Assembly: GCA_006226345.1 (NCBI GenBank)
Contig: SBHD01000176.1
Location: forward strand, 5,036 to 69,035
DNA: 64,000 bases
Direction: 5' to 3'
Origin: Bacteroidota bacterium
GTDB taxonomy: Bacteria > Bacteroidota > Bacteroidia > Chitinophagales > Saprospiraceae
The notes beneath the pieces are model-generated. The model worked only from the letters and a program-made list of their open reading frames with translations, was not told the DNA's origin and searched no databases. Shown here piece by piece: positions 38,559 to 47,377 of the stretch (its first letter is position 1; every line of letters begins with the position of its first letter). A program made the position numbers and the translations under genes.

Positions 38559-39872
38559 ATGAAATTTAGTCTCCGACATCAAAGTACGGGAAAGTTATAC
38601 CGATACCTGGTTCCTTCCGGCCATCTGATGCTCCGCGGTTTTTTTAAAAAGATCTATACCGGGAACCGGAATGTGGTTCCGGAGGACAAACCTGTTCTGA
38701 TCGCTGCCAATCATCCTACGGCCTTTGTGGATCCCTGTTTGTTGTGTGTCATGATTGACGTACCCATTTACAACATGGCACGGGGGGATATTTTCCGCAA
38801 GCCATTCTTCCGCAAATTGTTGGAAAGTATCAATATGTTCCCCGTCTTTCGCGTTCGGGACGGGTACACTGGCCGGGACCGCAATGATGCCGTGTTCAAA
38901 TTTTGTTCAGACCAATTAGTACACCATCGCGTGGTAACGATCTATGTTGAAGGAGAGCACCGGCTCGTCAAGCAGGTCAGGCCGGTACAAAAAGGCATTG
39001 TCCGCATCGCCTTTGGCAGTTACGAGCAACATCAGATGGATGAATTACAGATTATTCCAGCCGGCTGCACCTATATGTATGGAGATCGGCCGCGCGATGA
39101 GGTAATGGTTCAGTTTGGTAGTCCGATCTTTGTGCGGGACTACTGGGAGGAATACCAGACCGACCCAAATGCTGCCACCAATCGTCTGATCGGTGATATT
39201 GAAAGTGGCCTCCGGGAAGTTTGTTTGCACCTTGACGATCTGGAGGATGCCCCCCTTTTGGAGGACGTGCTCACGTTGCACCGCTCCAGTCACCCGGAGC
39301 CACCATTGCCATTGATCACCTACAGCTCGGTGCCCTTTCAGCGGGAAAAGGCACTTTGCAATTGGCTAAACACCCTCCCTGCCGATGCAAAGGGGCGCCT
39401 GGCAGACCAAACTACTGCCTATTTCAATGCACTCCGTCAGGCAGGTATTTCAGATGCGGCCTTATGCAATCCTCAGTGGGGAAGTTGGCAATGGTTGTTG
39501 TTATTTCTGATCGGATTACCTGCATTCCTGGTGGGGTGGTTAACGAGTTGGCCGGTAATTGCAGTAGCCCGGTATGTAGCGGACAAGAAGGTCCGGAAAC
39601 TGGAGTTTTATACCAGTGTCCGAATGGGGGCAGGTCATTTGTCTGGAATGCTGTATTATTTTCTGGTGTTCCTGATCAGTCTTATCACCTGGAATCCCTG
39701 GTGGATCGCATTGTCCCTGGGATTGCCCTTTTTAGGATGGTTTTCGATGTTTTACCGGGAGCAATGGCAAAAGTGGGCCGGAGCGCGCACTGCGCTCCGC
39801 CATCCGGCCCGTGTTCAGTTGAAACAGGCCAGGCAGGCGATCGAGATCCTGGATACTACTGCTGCTGTTTAA
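38559..39872 (+). CDS. lysophospholipid (1-acyl-sn-glycerol-3-phosphate) acyltransferase-family protein with C-terminal TM region
   Basis: HX4D motif NHPTAFVD. FPVFRVRDG and VTIYVEGEH blocks are also present. The start is uncertain and is set to MKFSLRHQ. Confidence 0.7.
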   Translation: MKFSLRHQSTGKLYRYLVPSGHLMLRGFFKKIYTGNRNVVPEDKPVLIAANHPTAFVDPCLLCVMIDVPIYNMARGDIFRKPFFRKLLESINMFPVFRVRDGYTGRDRNDAVFKFCSDQLVHHRVVTIYVEGEHRLVKQVRPVQKGIVRIAFGSYEQHQMDELQIIPAGCTYMYGDRPRDEVMVQFGSPIFVRDYWEEYQTDPNAATNRLIGDIESGLREVCLHLDDLEDAPLLEDVLTLHRSSHPEPPLPLITYSSVPFQREKALCNWLNTLPADAKGRLADQTTAYFNALRQAGISDAALCNPQWGSWQWLLLFLIGLPAFLVGWLTSWPVIAVARYVADKKVRKLEFYTSVRMGAGHLSGMLYYFLVFLISLITWNPWWIALSLGLPFLGWFSMFYREQWQKWAGARTALRHPARVQLKQARQAIEILDTTAAV

Positions 39873-41467
39873 TGATCTCCCAAATCCTCCAGCAGTACAA
39901 AACCCTGTTCCAGCGGATCGAGATGCTCCATTAGTGCCTGAAAAAAACCTTCTCCGTTCTTCAGGTAATAAGGAATAAAATTGTCCGTGCGTTCCTGGAG
40001 GGAATTGCCCGGAAACAGTTTTTCCTTCAGGTTGCGCAATTGATTGAGCGCCACTTCATGCTTTTGTTTTTCGGCCCGGACCAGCCGGCTTTCCCATTGT
40101 TGCAGGTGCCCGGTTGTTTTTACTTCGTCGGCCCGGACAGCCTTTTCCAGAGTAGGGTCGATCGCCTGTGCTTTTAAAGCGATCCGGTCATAGATCTGAT
40201 GCAACAGATCCAGTTCTTCGACCAAATTGACCTCGGCATCAGCCTGCGTTTCCACATAGGACCGGATAAGGGCGTCCGTGTCTTCAAAATAGCGGGTAGC
40301 CGGAAATCCAAACTTCAGGGAGCGCTTAATAGAATCCTTGTCAAACCACAAAACCGAACACCGGCGCACCAGAATGGGGTAGGGGATGTTGAAGAATTCA
40401 AATTGTGTCCGCCGCTCCAGCCAGTATGCCAGTTCGCCACCGCCACCGATATAGGCTAGGTTCGGCAGGATCTGCTCCTGGTACAAAGGGCGCAGCACTA
40501 CATTGGGACTGAACTTTTCGGGGTGTGCCTGCAATTCCGCCAGTATGGACTGCCGGGAGAACGTAATGTCGGTATTTAACACCCGGTATGTATCCCCTTC
40601 CAGCACGATCCGGTCGCGGCGCCCGGGTGTCATATAGAACAGGTTGATATCCCGGGGATTCGCCTGGGTTTTGAAGCCCAGATCGTTCAATTGATCGATG
40701 GTGCGGTTCACCAGTTCATGGGAGGACTGCCGGACGAGTTCGTCTTCCATTACCGGGATGAACAGCCGTTTCAGGTCGGGATGATTCATGTTGAATACCA
40801 CCAGACCATATTTGCCCAGACAGGCGTGCAGCAGGCGTTGCGTTGCTTCCGCAAAGGTGCCGGCCTTGGTATAGGCCTCCTCGATCTTTTGCCTAAGGAC
40901 CTGTGCATGTTCATTATTTCCCAGAATGCCATTCAGTTCCTCCAGTACCGGCACTACACTGGAGGCGGGCATGCGACCAACAGGGCCGCTCAGGCCGGGC
41001 TCCCACCGTAGTTCTTTGTTGAATAACCGGATGTGGTTCAACTCTTCGAGATCGTGGTCTTCACTCCCCAGAACAAAGACCGGAACAATGTGCTTACCGG
41101 TGGCTTGCTGGATAGAAGCGGCCAGGTTGATGGTGGAAATGGCTTTGTAGATAAAATACAACGGCCCCAGCAGCAGGCTGGGCTGATGCGCTGTTGTGAC
41201 GGTAAAAGTATCCGATTCCCGGAGCGCCTCGATTTGCCCGAGCACCGGCCCGGAATCGGGAAGCGGTTGATATTGCTCATTTAGTACACGGGCGAGTGTT
41301 ACCCGGTCTGTTTGCACCTGACTACGCTCTTTTACCAGATCCTTAAAATTATCAAGAGTCGGCGCATACTTGAAAAACGGCGTTAGAACAGGATCGAGCG
41401 TGGCGTAGGCGATATCAGTCTTTGCCAGTTGGGCCACGTCTGAAAATGGAATTATTGTTTTCTGCAT
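39869..41467 (-). CDS. bshC: bacillithiol biosynthesis cysteine-adding enzyme BshC
   Basis: 532 aa. The overall length and N-terminal pattern (IPFSDV...DIAYATLDPVLTPFFKY) resemble BshC/DUF2317. Recognised from memory only. Confidence 0.7.
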   Translation of the reverse strand: MQKTIIPFSDVAQLAKTDIAYATLDPVLTPFFKYAPTLDNFKDLVKERSQVQTDRVTLARVLNEQYQPLPDSGPVLGQIEALRESDTFTVTTAHQPSLLLGPLYFIYKAISTINLAASIQQATGKHIVPVFVLGSEDHDLEELNHIRLFNKELRWEPGLSGPVGRMPASSVVPVLEELNGILGNNEHAQVLRQKIEEAYTKAGTFAEATQRLLHACLGKYGLVVFNMNHPDLKRLFIPVMEDELVRQSSHELVNRTIDQLNDLGFKTQANPRDINLFYMTPGRRDRIVLEGDTYRVLNTDITFSRQSILAELQAHPEKFSPNVVLRPLYQEQILPNLAYIGGGGELAYWLERRTQFEFFNIPYPILVRRCSVLWFDKDSIKRSLKFGFPATRYFEDTDALIRSYVETQADAEVNLVEELDLLHQIYDRIALKAQAIDPTLEKAVRADEVKTTGHLQQWESRLVRAEKQKHEVALNQLRNLKEKLFPGNSLQERTDNFIPYYLKNGEGFFQALMEHLDPLEQGFVLLEDLGDH

Positions 41468-41739
41468 GGTTGCTGTTTGTCAGCATGCGCAACACGCATT
41501 GCTGGTTTGGTTGCCGGAAGGGCAAGTTTAACAAGTTTACAGCCTGAAGGTTGGATTCTCCCGTGTTTTATTCTTGTCAGGTCGTTTTTCCAGTTTGCAG
41601 GCCGCATTTAGTTTGGCTGGATAGGTGATTTACACAGCATTTTTACGACCTTTGCGGCGGCAAACAGACCGCCTTTTTTTGGGCCGTGTTTCTGTTTGAA
41701 AAAACGAAAAAAGTAACCTGTCCAAACTTCATTTTTCCA

Positions 41740-43410
41740 GTGTCAGAGAAGATCATATTTTCCATGTCCGGCGTCAGTAAGACTTATCCGCCGAACAAAC
41801 AAGTGCTAAAAAATATCTGGCTTTCGTTTTTCTACGGAGCTAAAATCGGTGTTCTGGGTCTCAACGGCTCCGGCAAATCCACTTTGCTGAAAATCATTGC
41901 GGGGCTGGACCAGAACTACGAGGGCAAGATCGAATTCGAAAAACAATACAAGATCGGTTATCTGGCGCAGGAGCCGGAGTTGGACGACACAAAGACAGTC
42001 CGGCAGATCGTGGAAGAGTCTGTTTCACATATTACTGCGCTACTGCAGGAAAACGAGGATATTGGCAATAAGCTCGGTGAGGTGACGGATGATGATGAAA
42101 TGATGCGGTTAATCGAACGGCAGGGCGAGGTGCTGGAGCAGATCGAGCAGGTTGGCGGCTGGGAATTGGACCACCGGCTCGGGCTTTTTACCGATGCATT
42201 GCGCTGTCCGCCGGATGACACACCGATCAAGGTTTGTTCTGGCGGAGAACGCCGCCGGGTCGCCCTGGCCCGTTTGTTGCTGAGCCAGCCGGACATTTTG
42301 CTGCTTGATGAACCGACCAACCACCTGGATGCAGAATCAGTAGCCTGGCTGGAACAATATTTACAAAACTTTCCCGGAACCGTCATTGCCGTAACGCACG
42401 ACCGTTACTTTTTGGATAATGTCGCCGGCTGGATCCTGGAACTTGATCGTGGTGAGGGCATACCCTGGAAAGGCAATTACTCCTCCTGGCTGGAGCAGAA
42501 AGCGAAACGTCTTGCCGAAGAAGAACGGGCCGAGGAGAAACGCCGGAAGACCCTCGAGCGGGAATTGGAATGGGTGCGCATGGCACCCAAAGCTCGTCAG
42601 AGCAAAGGTAAAGCCCGTTTGAACGCGTATGAAAAAATGGCCGGCGAACAAGGACGGGAAAAAGAGGCCAAACTCGAACTCTGGATACCGAACGGTCCCC
42701 GCCTGGGTGATAAGGTTATCCAGGCAAAGAACCTGTCCAAATCCTTTGGCGACCGGATCCTGTTTGAGAACCTGAGTTTTGATATCCCTAAAAATGCCAT
42801 TGTTGGTATTATTGGGCCAAATGGCGTCGGGAAATCAACCTTGTTCAAGATATTGGTAGGAAAGGAAAAGCCGGACACCGGAGAGGTTGTCATCGGTGAT
42901 ACGGTTCAAATCAGCTACGTTGACCAGAGCCACGAGGCGCTCCTGCCGGAAAAAAGCATCTACGAGATCATTTCTGCCGGAAATGATATCCTGTCGGTTG
43001 GAAACACCTCTGTAAATGCCCGCGCTTACATCTCGCGATTCAACTTTACAGGGGCCGATCAACAGAAAAAACTGGGCGTATGCTCAGGCGGTGAACGGAA
43101 CCGGGTGCATCTGGCCATGACCCTGAAGGAAGGCGGGAACGTACTCTTGCTGGACGAGCCGACCAATGATATCGATGTCAATACGCTCCGCGCACTTGAA
43201 GATGCATTGGATGACTTCGCCGGGTGTGTTTTGCTGATCAGTCACGACCGTTGGTTCATTGACCGTCTGGCAACGCATATCCTGTCCTTTGAGGATGATG
43301 CGCAGGTGGTGTTCTTTGAAGGCAACTTCACGGAATATGAGGCTGCGAAAAAAGAACGCCTGGGCGATATCACCCCACACCGTCCACGGGTTAAGCATAT
43401 TTTGAAATAG
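41740..43410 (+). CDS. ettA: energy-dependent translational throttle ABC-F protein EttA
   Basis: Two ABC cassettes (GLNGSGKST / GPNGVGKST, CSGGERRRVALA / CSGGERNRVHLA) joined by a charged linker. The conserved N-terminus SEKIIFSMSGVSKTYPP implies the GTG start at 41740. Confidence 0.88.
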   Translation: MSEKIIFSMSGVSKTYPPNKQVLKNIWLSFFYGAKIGVLGLNGSGKSTLLKIIAGLDQNYEGKIEFEKQYKIGYLAQEPELDDTKTVRQIVEESVSHITALLQENEDIGNKLGEVTDDDEMMRLIERQGEVLEQIEQVGGWELDHRLGLFTDALRCPPDDTPIKVCSGGERRRVALARLLLSQPDILLLDEPTNHLDAESVAWLEQYLQNFPGTVIAVTHDRYFLDNVAGWILELDRGEGIPWKGNYSSWLEQKAKRLAEEERAEEKRRKTLERELEWVRMAPKARQSKGKARLNAYEKMAGEQGREKEAKLELWIPNGPRLGDKVIQAKNLSKSFGDRILFENLSFDIPKNAIVGIIGPNGVGKSTLFKILVGKEKPDTGEVVIGDTVQISYVDQSHEALLPEKSIYEIISAGNDILSVGNTSVNARAYISRFNFTGADQQKKLGVCSGGERNRVHLAMTLKEGGNVLLLDEPTNDIDVNTLRALEDALDDFAGCVLLISHDRWFIDRLATHILSFEDDAQVVFFEGNFTEYEAAKKERLGDITPHRPRVKHILK

Positions 43411-43456
43411 TGTGTGGGGCTGCTATACAACTGTTGGTGAGCGGAATACTAGTTTA

Positions 43457-43504
43457 ACGAGGCCGGCCGCAATTGGAACTCCAATTGCGGCCGGCCTCGT
43501 TTTA
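43457..43504 (+). terminator. rho-independent terminator of ettA
   Basis: Perfect 20-bp stem ACGAGGCCGGCCGCAATTGG-AACT-CCAATTGCGGCCGGCCTCGT followed by TTTT. Confidence 0.85.
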
Positions 43505-43576
43505 TCAGATATCCACAACAAATATTTTGAACCTGAATTGGTCATCCACTCATATTTAATTTGGTAGTTTAGCGGC

Positions 43577-44272
43577 ATGAGACGCCCGTTTCTTATCGCC
43601 GGATTGCTTGGAGTACTTACAATGTTGCTGGCCATGCGTATCGCTGCTCCCCTTAAAGGGCATGAATTTGTTTGCCAGACGCCCTTCACCAATCCGGTAG
43701 TTGCCCTGGAATTTATTGGCTCCACTGAAGAATTGGATGCTTTTTTCGGATCTGGTGACCGTACGGCTGCTGTTGCCGCTATGAAAACATCCATTAACCG
43801 CGATAATTTCTTTATTGCAGGATATGCACTGTTCCTGATGGCATTTGCGCTGACCATTTGGATGCTTACACGCAAAAACCGGTACATGGGATTGCTTATG
43901 CTTGGTTTGCTCATCGGGCTGGCCGACTTACTGGAAAATGACACCATGAAGGATCTGATCCGGCAGGTCAATGATACACCTACAGCCATCGGCTTTGGCC
44001 TTTTCCGGCAACTGCATACGTATACCTGGGCCAAATGGCTGGGGCTGGCGGCCTACTTTGCCGCATTGATCCCTTATTTGTGGACAAAGCGCCTGCCTGG
44101 CCGTCTGTTAGCTTTTGCGGGCGGGCTGACTGCTCTTTTAGGGGTTGTTGCCTGGTTTTTGCCTTCCTGGATAGAAAAATATTCCACTGCGGTCTTCCTG
44201 ACTTTCCCGGTTGCTGTGCTCTTTTGTTTTTTGTATGCCGAAAACCCTGTTCCGGGATCAGACCAAGCCTGA
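43577..44272 (+). CDS. hypothetical polytopic membrane protein
   Basis: 231 aa with about 6 hydrophobic helices. Preferred over the antisense 43423-44034 ORF, which is Ser/Arg/Ala-rich. Confidence 0.65.
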   Translation: MRRPFLIAGLLGVLTMLLAMRIAAPLKGHEFVCQTPFTNPVVALEFIGSTEELDAFFGSGDRTAAVAAMKTSINRDNFFIAGYALFLMAFALTIWMLTRKNRYMGLLMLGLLIGLADLLENDTMKDLIRQVNDTPTAIGFGLFRQLHTYTWAKWLGLAAYFAALIPYLWTKRLPGRLLAFAGGLTALLGVVAWFLPSWIEKYSTAVFLTFPVAVLFCFLYAENPVPGSDQA

Positions 44273-44311
44273 ACAACCCTTCCCCGGAACATATACTTGT
44301 CACCGATATTT

Positions 44312-44791
44312 TTAGTAGAGCATATTTCTGGAGGCTACAAAATTAAAGATGTAGACAGAAGTGGTCAGGTAAACCAGTATCAGGAAAATCGTCAGTATGC
44401 CAGCTAACCGGAACAGGTTGCGGAATTGTAGCCAGGCATTTTCAAACATTTCAGCATCATTGAATTGAATGGACTTCCGGATCAGGGAGGCAAACCTGAA
44501 CTGATATAGATACAGCATAAACTGCAGGCCTAATGCAATGAGAATTCCGACTGTGAGCAGGCGCACATAGGGTAGCAATGCATCCAGGTAAGGGCTTTCT
44601 ATTCCCATGGCAGAAAACATCTCAAACATTACGGGGATACTGCCGATACTCAGCAGACTAAACCCGGTTAGTACGAATCCTGCAATCGATAAGAAATTGG
44701 CCCAACGCGCTGTGATCTGCCAGTCATGCAGCATTTGGGTACTACAATGCAGGTCACCGGCGGCTTGGAAATTTTCGTCCAGACTTTCCAT
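44312..44791 (-). CDS. hypothetical 4-TM membrane protein (tandem paralog A)
   Basis: 159 aa. Shares layout and local motifs with 44816-45274 (W.NFLSIAGF / W.MFFSILGF; FRNLFRLAGILTIFLILVYL / LRRLYQLIGILVVFLLFLYV). Confidence 0.7.
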   Translation of the reverse strand: MESLDENFQAAGDLHCSTQMLHDWQITARWANFLSIAGFVLTGFSLLSIGSIPVMFEMFSAMGIESPYLDALLPYVRLLTVGILIALGLQFMLYLYQFRFASLIRKSIQFNDAEMFENAWLQFRNLFRLAGILTIFLILVYLTTSVYIFNFVASRNMLY

Positions 44792-44815
44792 AACAATGTG
44801 GCTTTACAGGATAGT

Positions 44816-45274
44816 TTAAATGTCGCTTCCGACCATTAGCAAACCCAATAGAAAAAGGAAAACGTACAGGAAAAGCAAGAAGACAACCAAAATGCCGATC
44901 AATTGGTACAGCCGGCGGAGACTCGTGAAACCCATTGAAGCAGCCGCAGTATCGTTGTCCCGGAGCGCCTTTCTGATGTTTTGTCCAAACTGGAACATAA
45001 GCCAGGTCGGAATAAAAACAATCCCTCCCAGCAAAAGCAGTGTTACGATGCTATAGCCAGGTACGCGGTACCCGCCAAACAACATTATGCCTGTAATCAG
45101 GATACCGATATAGGTGAACCCAAGTATACTGAAGAACATACCCCATTGGCTTGCTTCCCGCCAATACAACCGAATGTTTTCCGTTATACGCAGCCTGTCT
45201 TCAGTCTGAGATTGTGGGGCCATTCCACTATCAAGTGGTTGATCTGAATGCTCCATACGTGTGTTATTAAGCAT
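44816..45274 (-). CDS. hypothetical 4-TM membrane protein (tandem paralog B)
   Basis: 152 aa. See paralog A. Confidence 0.7.
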   Translation of the reverse strand: MLNNTRMEHSDQPLDSGMAPQSQTEDRLRITENIRLYWREASQWGMFFSILGFTYIGILITGIMLFGGYRVPGYSIVTLLLLGGIVFIPTWLMFQFGQNIRKALRDNDTAAASMGFTSLRRLYQLIGILVVFLLFLYVFLFLLGLLMVGSDI

Positions 45275-45559
45275 TTCCGGTGTTGGAAAAAGTGTTCAAG
45301 GTGTCTTTCACATTTTTACCCCCGGAAAATTACTGAATAAGTTTCCGGAAGATAAATATAGATGTAAATAACTGAAATCCAATTTGGTACCCCTTGTAAC
45401 GTCCGGAAAGAACAGAGGTGAAATACCGACCGTTGTTTGGCATGGTTTTCGTCCCTACATTAAAGCGCTTCTCACTTGACATAATCGCTTGTTTAATCCA
45501 AAAACCAATTATTTCATAATTCCCTGACCGTATTAACGAATTGCACGGTTCAACACAGT

Positions 45560-45595
45560 ATGCGGGCAGACCAAGTAGGTCTGCCCGCATTTTGT
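45560..45595 (+). terminator. intrinsic-terminator-like hairpin with its U-tract on the plus strand, no plus-strand gene upstream
   Basis: Perfect 13-bp stem ATGCGGGCAGACC-AAGTA-GGTCTGCCCGCAT followed by TTTGT. It also lies 36 nt downstream of the stop of the minus-strand regulator gene, but there is no T-run in that orientation. Confidence 0.5.
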
Positions 45596-45625
45596 ATATC
45601 AAATTCTTGGTTTGTGCAAAATGGC

Positions 45626-46669
45626 TTAATTCGGCATGTCACGGAGTTTATCGGGCTTCAGTACAACGATAAACCCATCCCGGATATCGATCAGGCTTTC
45701 AGACTTAAAGTCGGTGAGTGTCCGGATAACGGTTTCTTTTGCTGTTCCGGCAAGGGCTGCCAGATCCTCCCGGAGCAGGTTGATCTCCCGGAACCCCTGA
45801 TCGAACAGGTGTACAATAGCCGTTGCCACCCGTTTGCGCACTGAATTGTAGGCGAGGTCGATCAACTGCTGTTCCTGTTCGGCGACGTGACCAGCGAGCA
45901 ATTTGATAAACCGGGCATTCACATCGCGGTGGCCGTACACCAGGGTAAAGAAATCATCTTTGGGAATAAGCCGGATCGTGGAATCATCAAGCGAAGTGGC
46001 ACTTTCCGGGTAGCGGTCATCCCGAAGAAGCGCCAGATAACCCAGGAATTCACCCGGGCCTGCAACCCGCAGGATGAGTTCCCGGCCGTCATCGTTGGTC
46101 TTGAACAGTTTTACATTCCCTTTTTCAATATAAAACAACCAGCGCGGAACTTCCCCTTCCTGAAAGATCGGATCTTTCTTTCTGTAATGCCGGATCTCGC
46201 GGTTTTCCGATAACCGCTGAATAGCCTCCAGGGCTTTGGCTTCATTGATAAAGTGCTCCAGTCCACCGTTGTTGTTCTTGGCGGAGGCCTGCCGGAGCCG
46301 TTCGTGCTTCTTCAGGCGGGTTTCAATGGTCTGGAGCAGGATCGTATCATCAAAGGGCTTGACGATATAGTCATCTGCTCCCAGGGACATCCCTTTCCTG
46401 AAATCATCCTTTTCTGCTTTGGCAGTGAGAAAAATAAAAGGAATGTCAGCCGTACTGGCCTGATTGCTAAGGATATGGAGCACCCCGAAACCGTCCAGCT
46501 CAGGCATCATCACATCACATAGCACCAAATCAGGAGGATGGGACAATGCCTTTTCAATCCCAACCTTGCCATTCTCAGCCGTGATCGTCTGATAGCCACT
46601 CAGGGACAATATTTCCGAGAGATTTTCTCTTACCTCGGTGTTATCTTCTATGATCAAAATTTTCTTCAT
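45626..46669 (-). CDS. response-regulator receiver fused to a Crp/Fnr-type cNMP-binding domain and HTH
   Basis: REC (ILIIEDNTEVRE...DLVLCDVMMPELDG...FIFLTAK), then a cNMP-binding fold (IFQEGEVPRWLFYIEKGNVKLFK...GPGEFLG), then a Crp-type HTH (REDLAALAGTAKETVIRTLTDF). Confidence 0.85.
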   Translation of the reverse strand: MKKILIIEDNTEVRENLSEILSLSGYQTITAENGKVGIEKALSHPPDLVLCDVMMPELDGFGVLHILSNQASTADIPFIFLTAKAEKDDFRKGMSLGADDYIVKPFDDTILLQTIETRLKKHERLRQASAKNNNGGLEHFINEAKALEAIQRLSENREIRHYRKKDPIFQEGEVPRWLFYIEKGNVKLFKTNDDGRELILRVAGPGEFLGYLALLRDDRYPESATSLDDSTIRLIPKDDFFTLVYGHRDVNARFIKLLAGHVAEQEQQLIDLAYNSVRKRVATAIVHLFDQGFREINLLREDLAALAGTAKETVIRTLTDFKSESLIDIRDGFIVVLKPDKLRDMPN

Positions 46670-46858
46670 GACTTTGGTATTACCACGACAAAATTACACT
46701 AACCAATAGTATATACTTAACTGACGTAAATCATGCAGCCAAATGCGGTCGGTCATCATAAGCGCCTGTTCGCTTCAGCCATTTTTGCAATGTAATGCGG
46801 AGCGAAAATCGCACTTTCTTTTAAAAATCCTTTATACAAAACATTAAAAAGCAAAAAC

Positions 46859-47308
46859 ATGAATGCCTACGCACCGGTTTCTAAAATCATGGTCACGGAT
46901 CTTGTGACCGTCAACCCCGAAGATAGCCTGCTCAAGGTTAAGCAGATTTTTGAACAGCACACCTTCCACCATTTGCCGGTGGTACGGTTTAAAAAAATAG
47001 TCGGAATTATCTCCAAAACGGATTTTGAACACTATACCGGTGGCTTGCGGGTAGGCGTAGAGACAGACCACACCGAAATGCTGGGCAGCTCCAAAGCCGA
47101 AGATATTATGACAAAAGGTGTAGGTAAACTGGAACCGGATGACCGGATTAACGTCGCACTGGAAATTTTCAGCAAAAACTGGTTCCACGCCCTTCCGGTT
47201 GTCGAAAATGATATACTGGTTGGAATCGTAACTACCCAGGACGTGATCAAGGCGATCCTGAATGAAAAACCAAAAGACCCAAGTCTGGTCTACCAGAACC
47301 TAGACTGA
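46859..47308 (+). CDS. CBS domain pair protein
   Basis: 149 aa with two CBS-like repeats (HHLPVV...IVGIISKTD and HALPVVENDILVGIVTTQDV). Confidence 0.8.
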   Translation: MNAYAPVSKIMVTDLVTVNPEDSLLKVKQIFEQHTFHHLPVVRFKKIVGIISKTDFEHYTGGLRVGVETDHTEMLGSSKAEDIMTKGVGKLEPDDRINVALEIFSKNWFHALPVVENDILVGIVTTQDVIKAILNEKPKDPSLVYQNLD

Positions 47309-47377
47309 GGCCGAGGCCTGAACGGTGTGAAATAGGAGCGCAAATTGTTAGGAATTCACCTCCACAAGCCCTTGTTT

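Noticed and set aside
43423-44034. 203-aa minus-strand ORF
   Set aside because: It is Ser/Arg/Ala-rich and low in complexity, and it runs through the ettA terminator. The plus-strand ORF 43577-44272 has clear TM helices.
45398-45430. GTCCGGAAAGAACAG resembling the SRP RNA domain IV (GUCCGGAAGGAAGCAG)
   Set aside because: The bases flanking the GGAA loop cannot form the conserved helix (a C-A mismatch directly at loop closure), and the rest of the 4.5S consensus is absent.
45436-45451. TGGCAT-GGTTT-TCGT as a possible sigma-54 promoter for the putative sRNA
   Set aside because: The -12 element matches only 2 of 4 positions and there is no UAS-like palindrome nearby, so the evidence is too weak to call.
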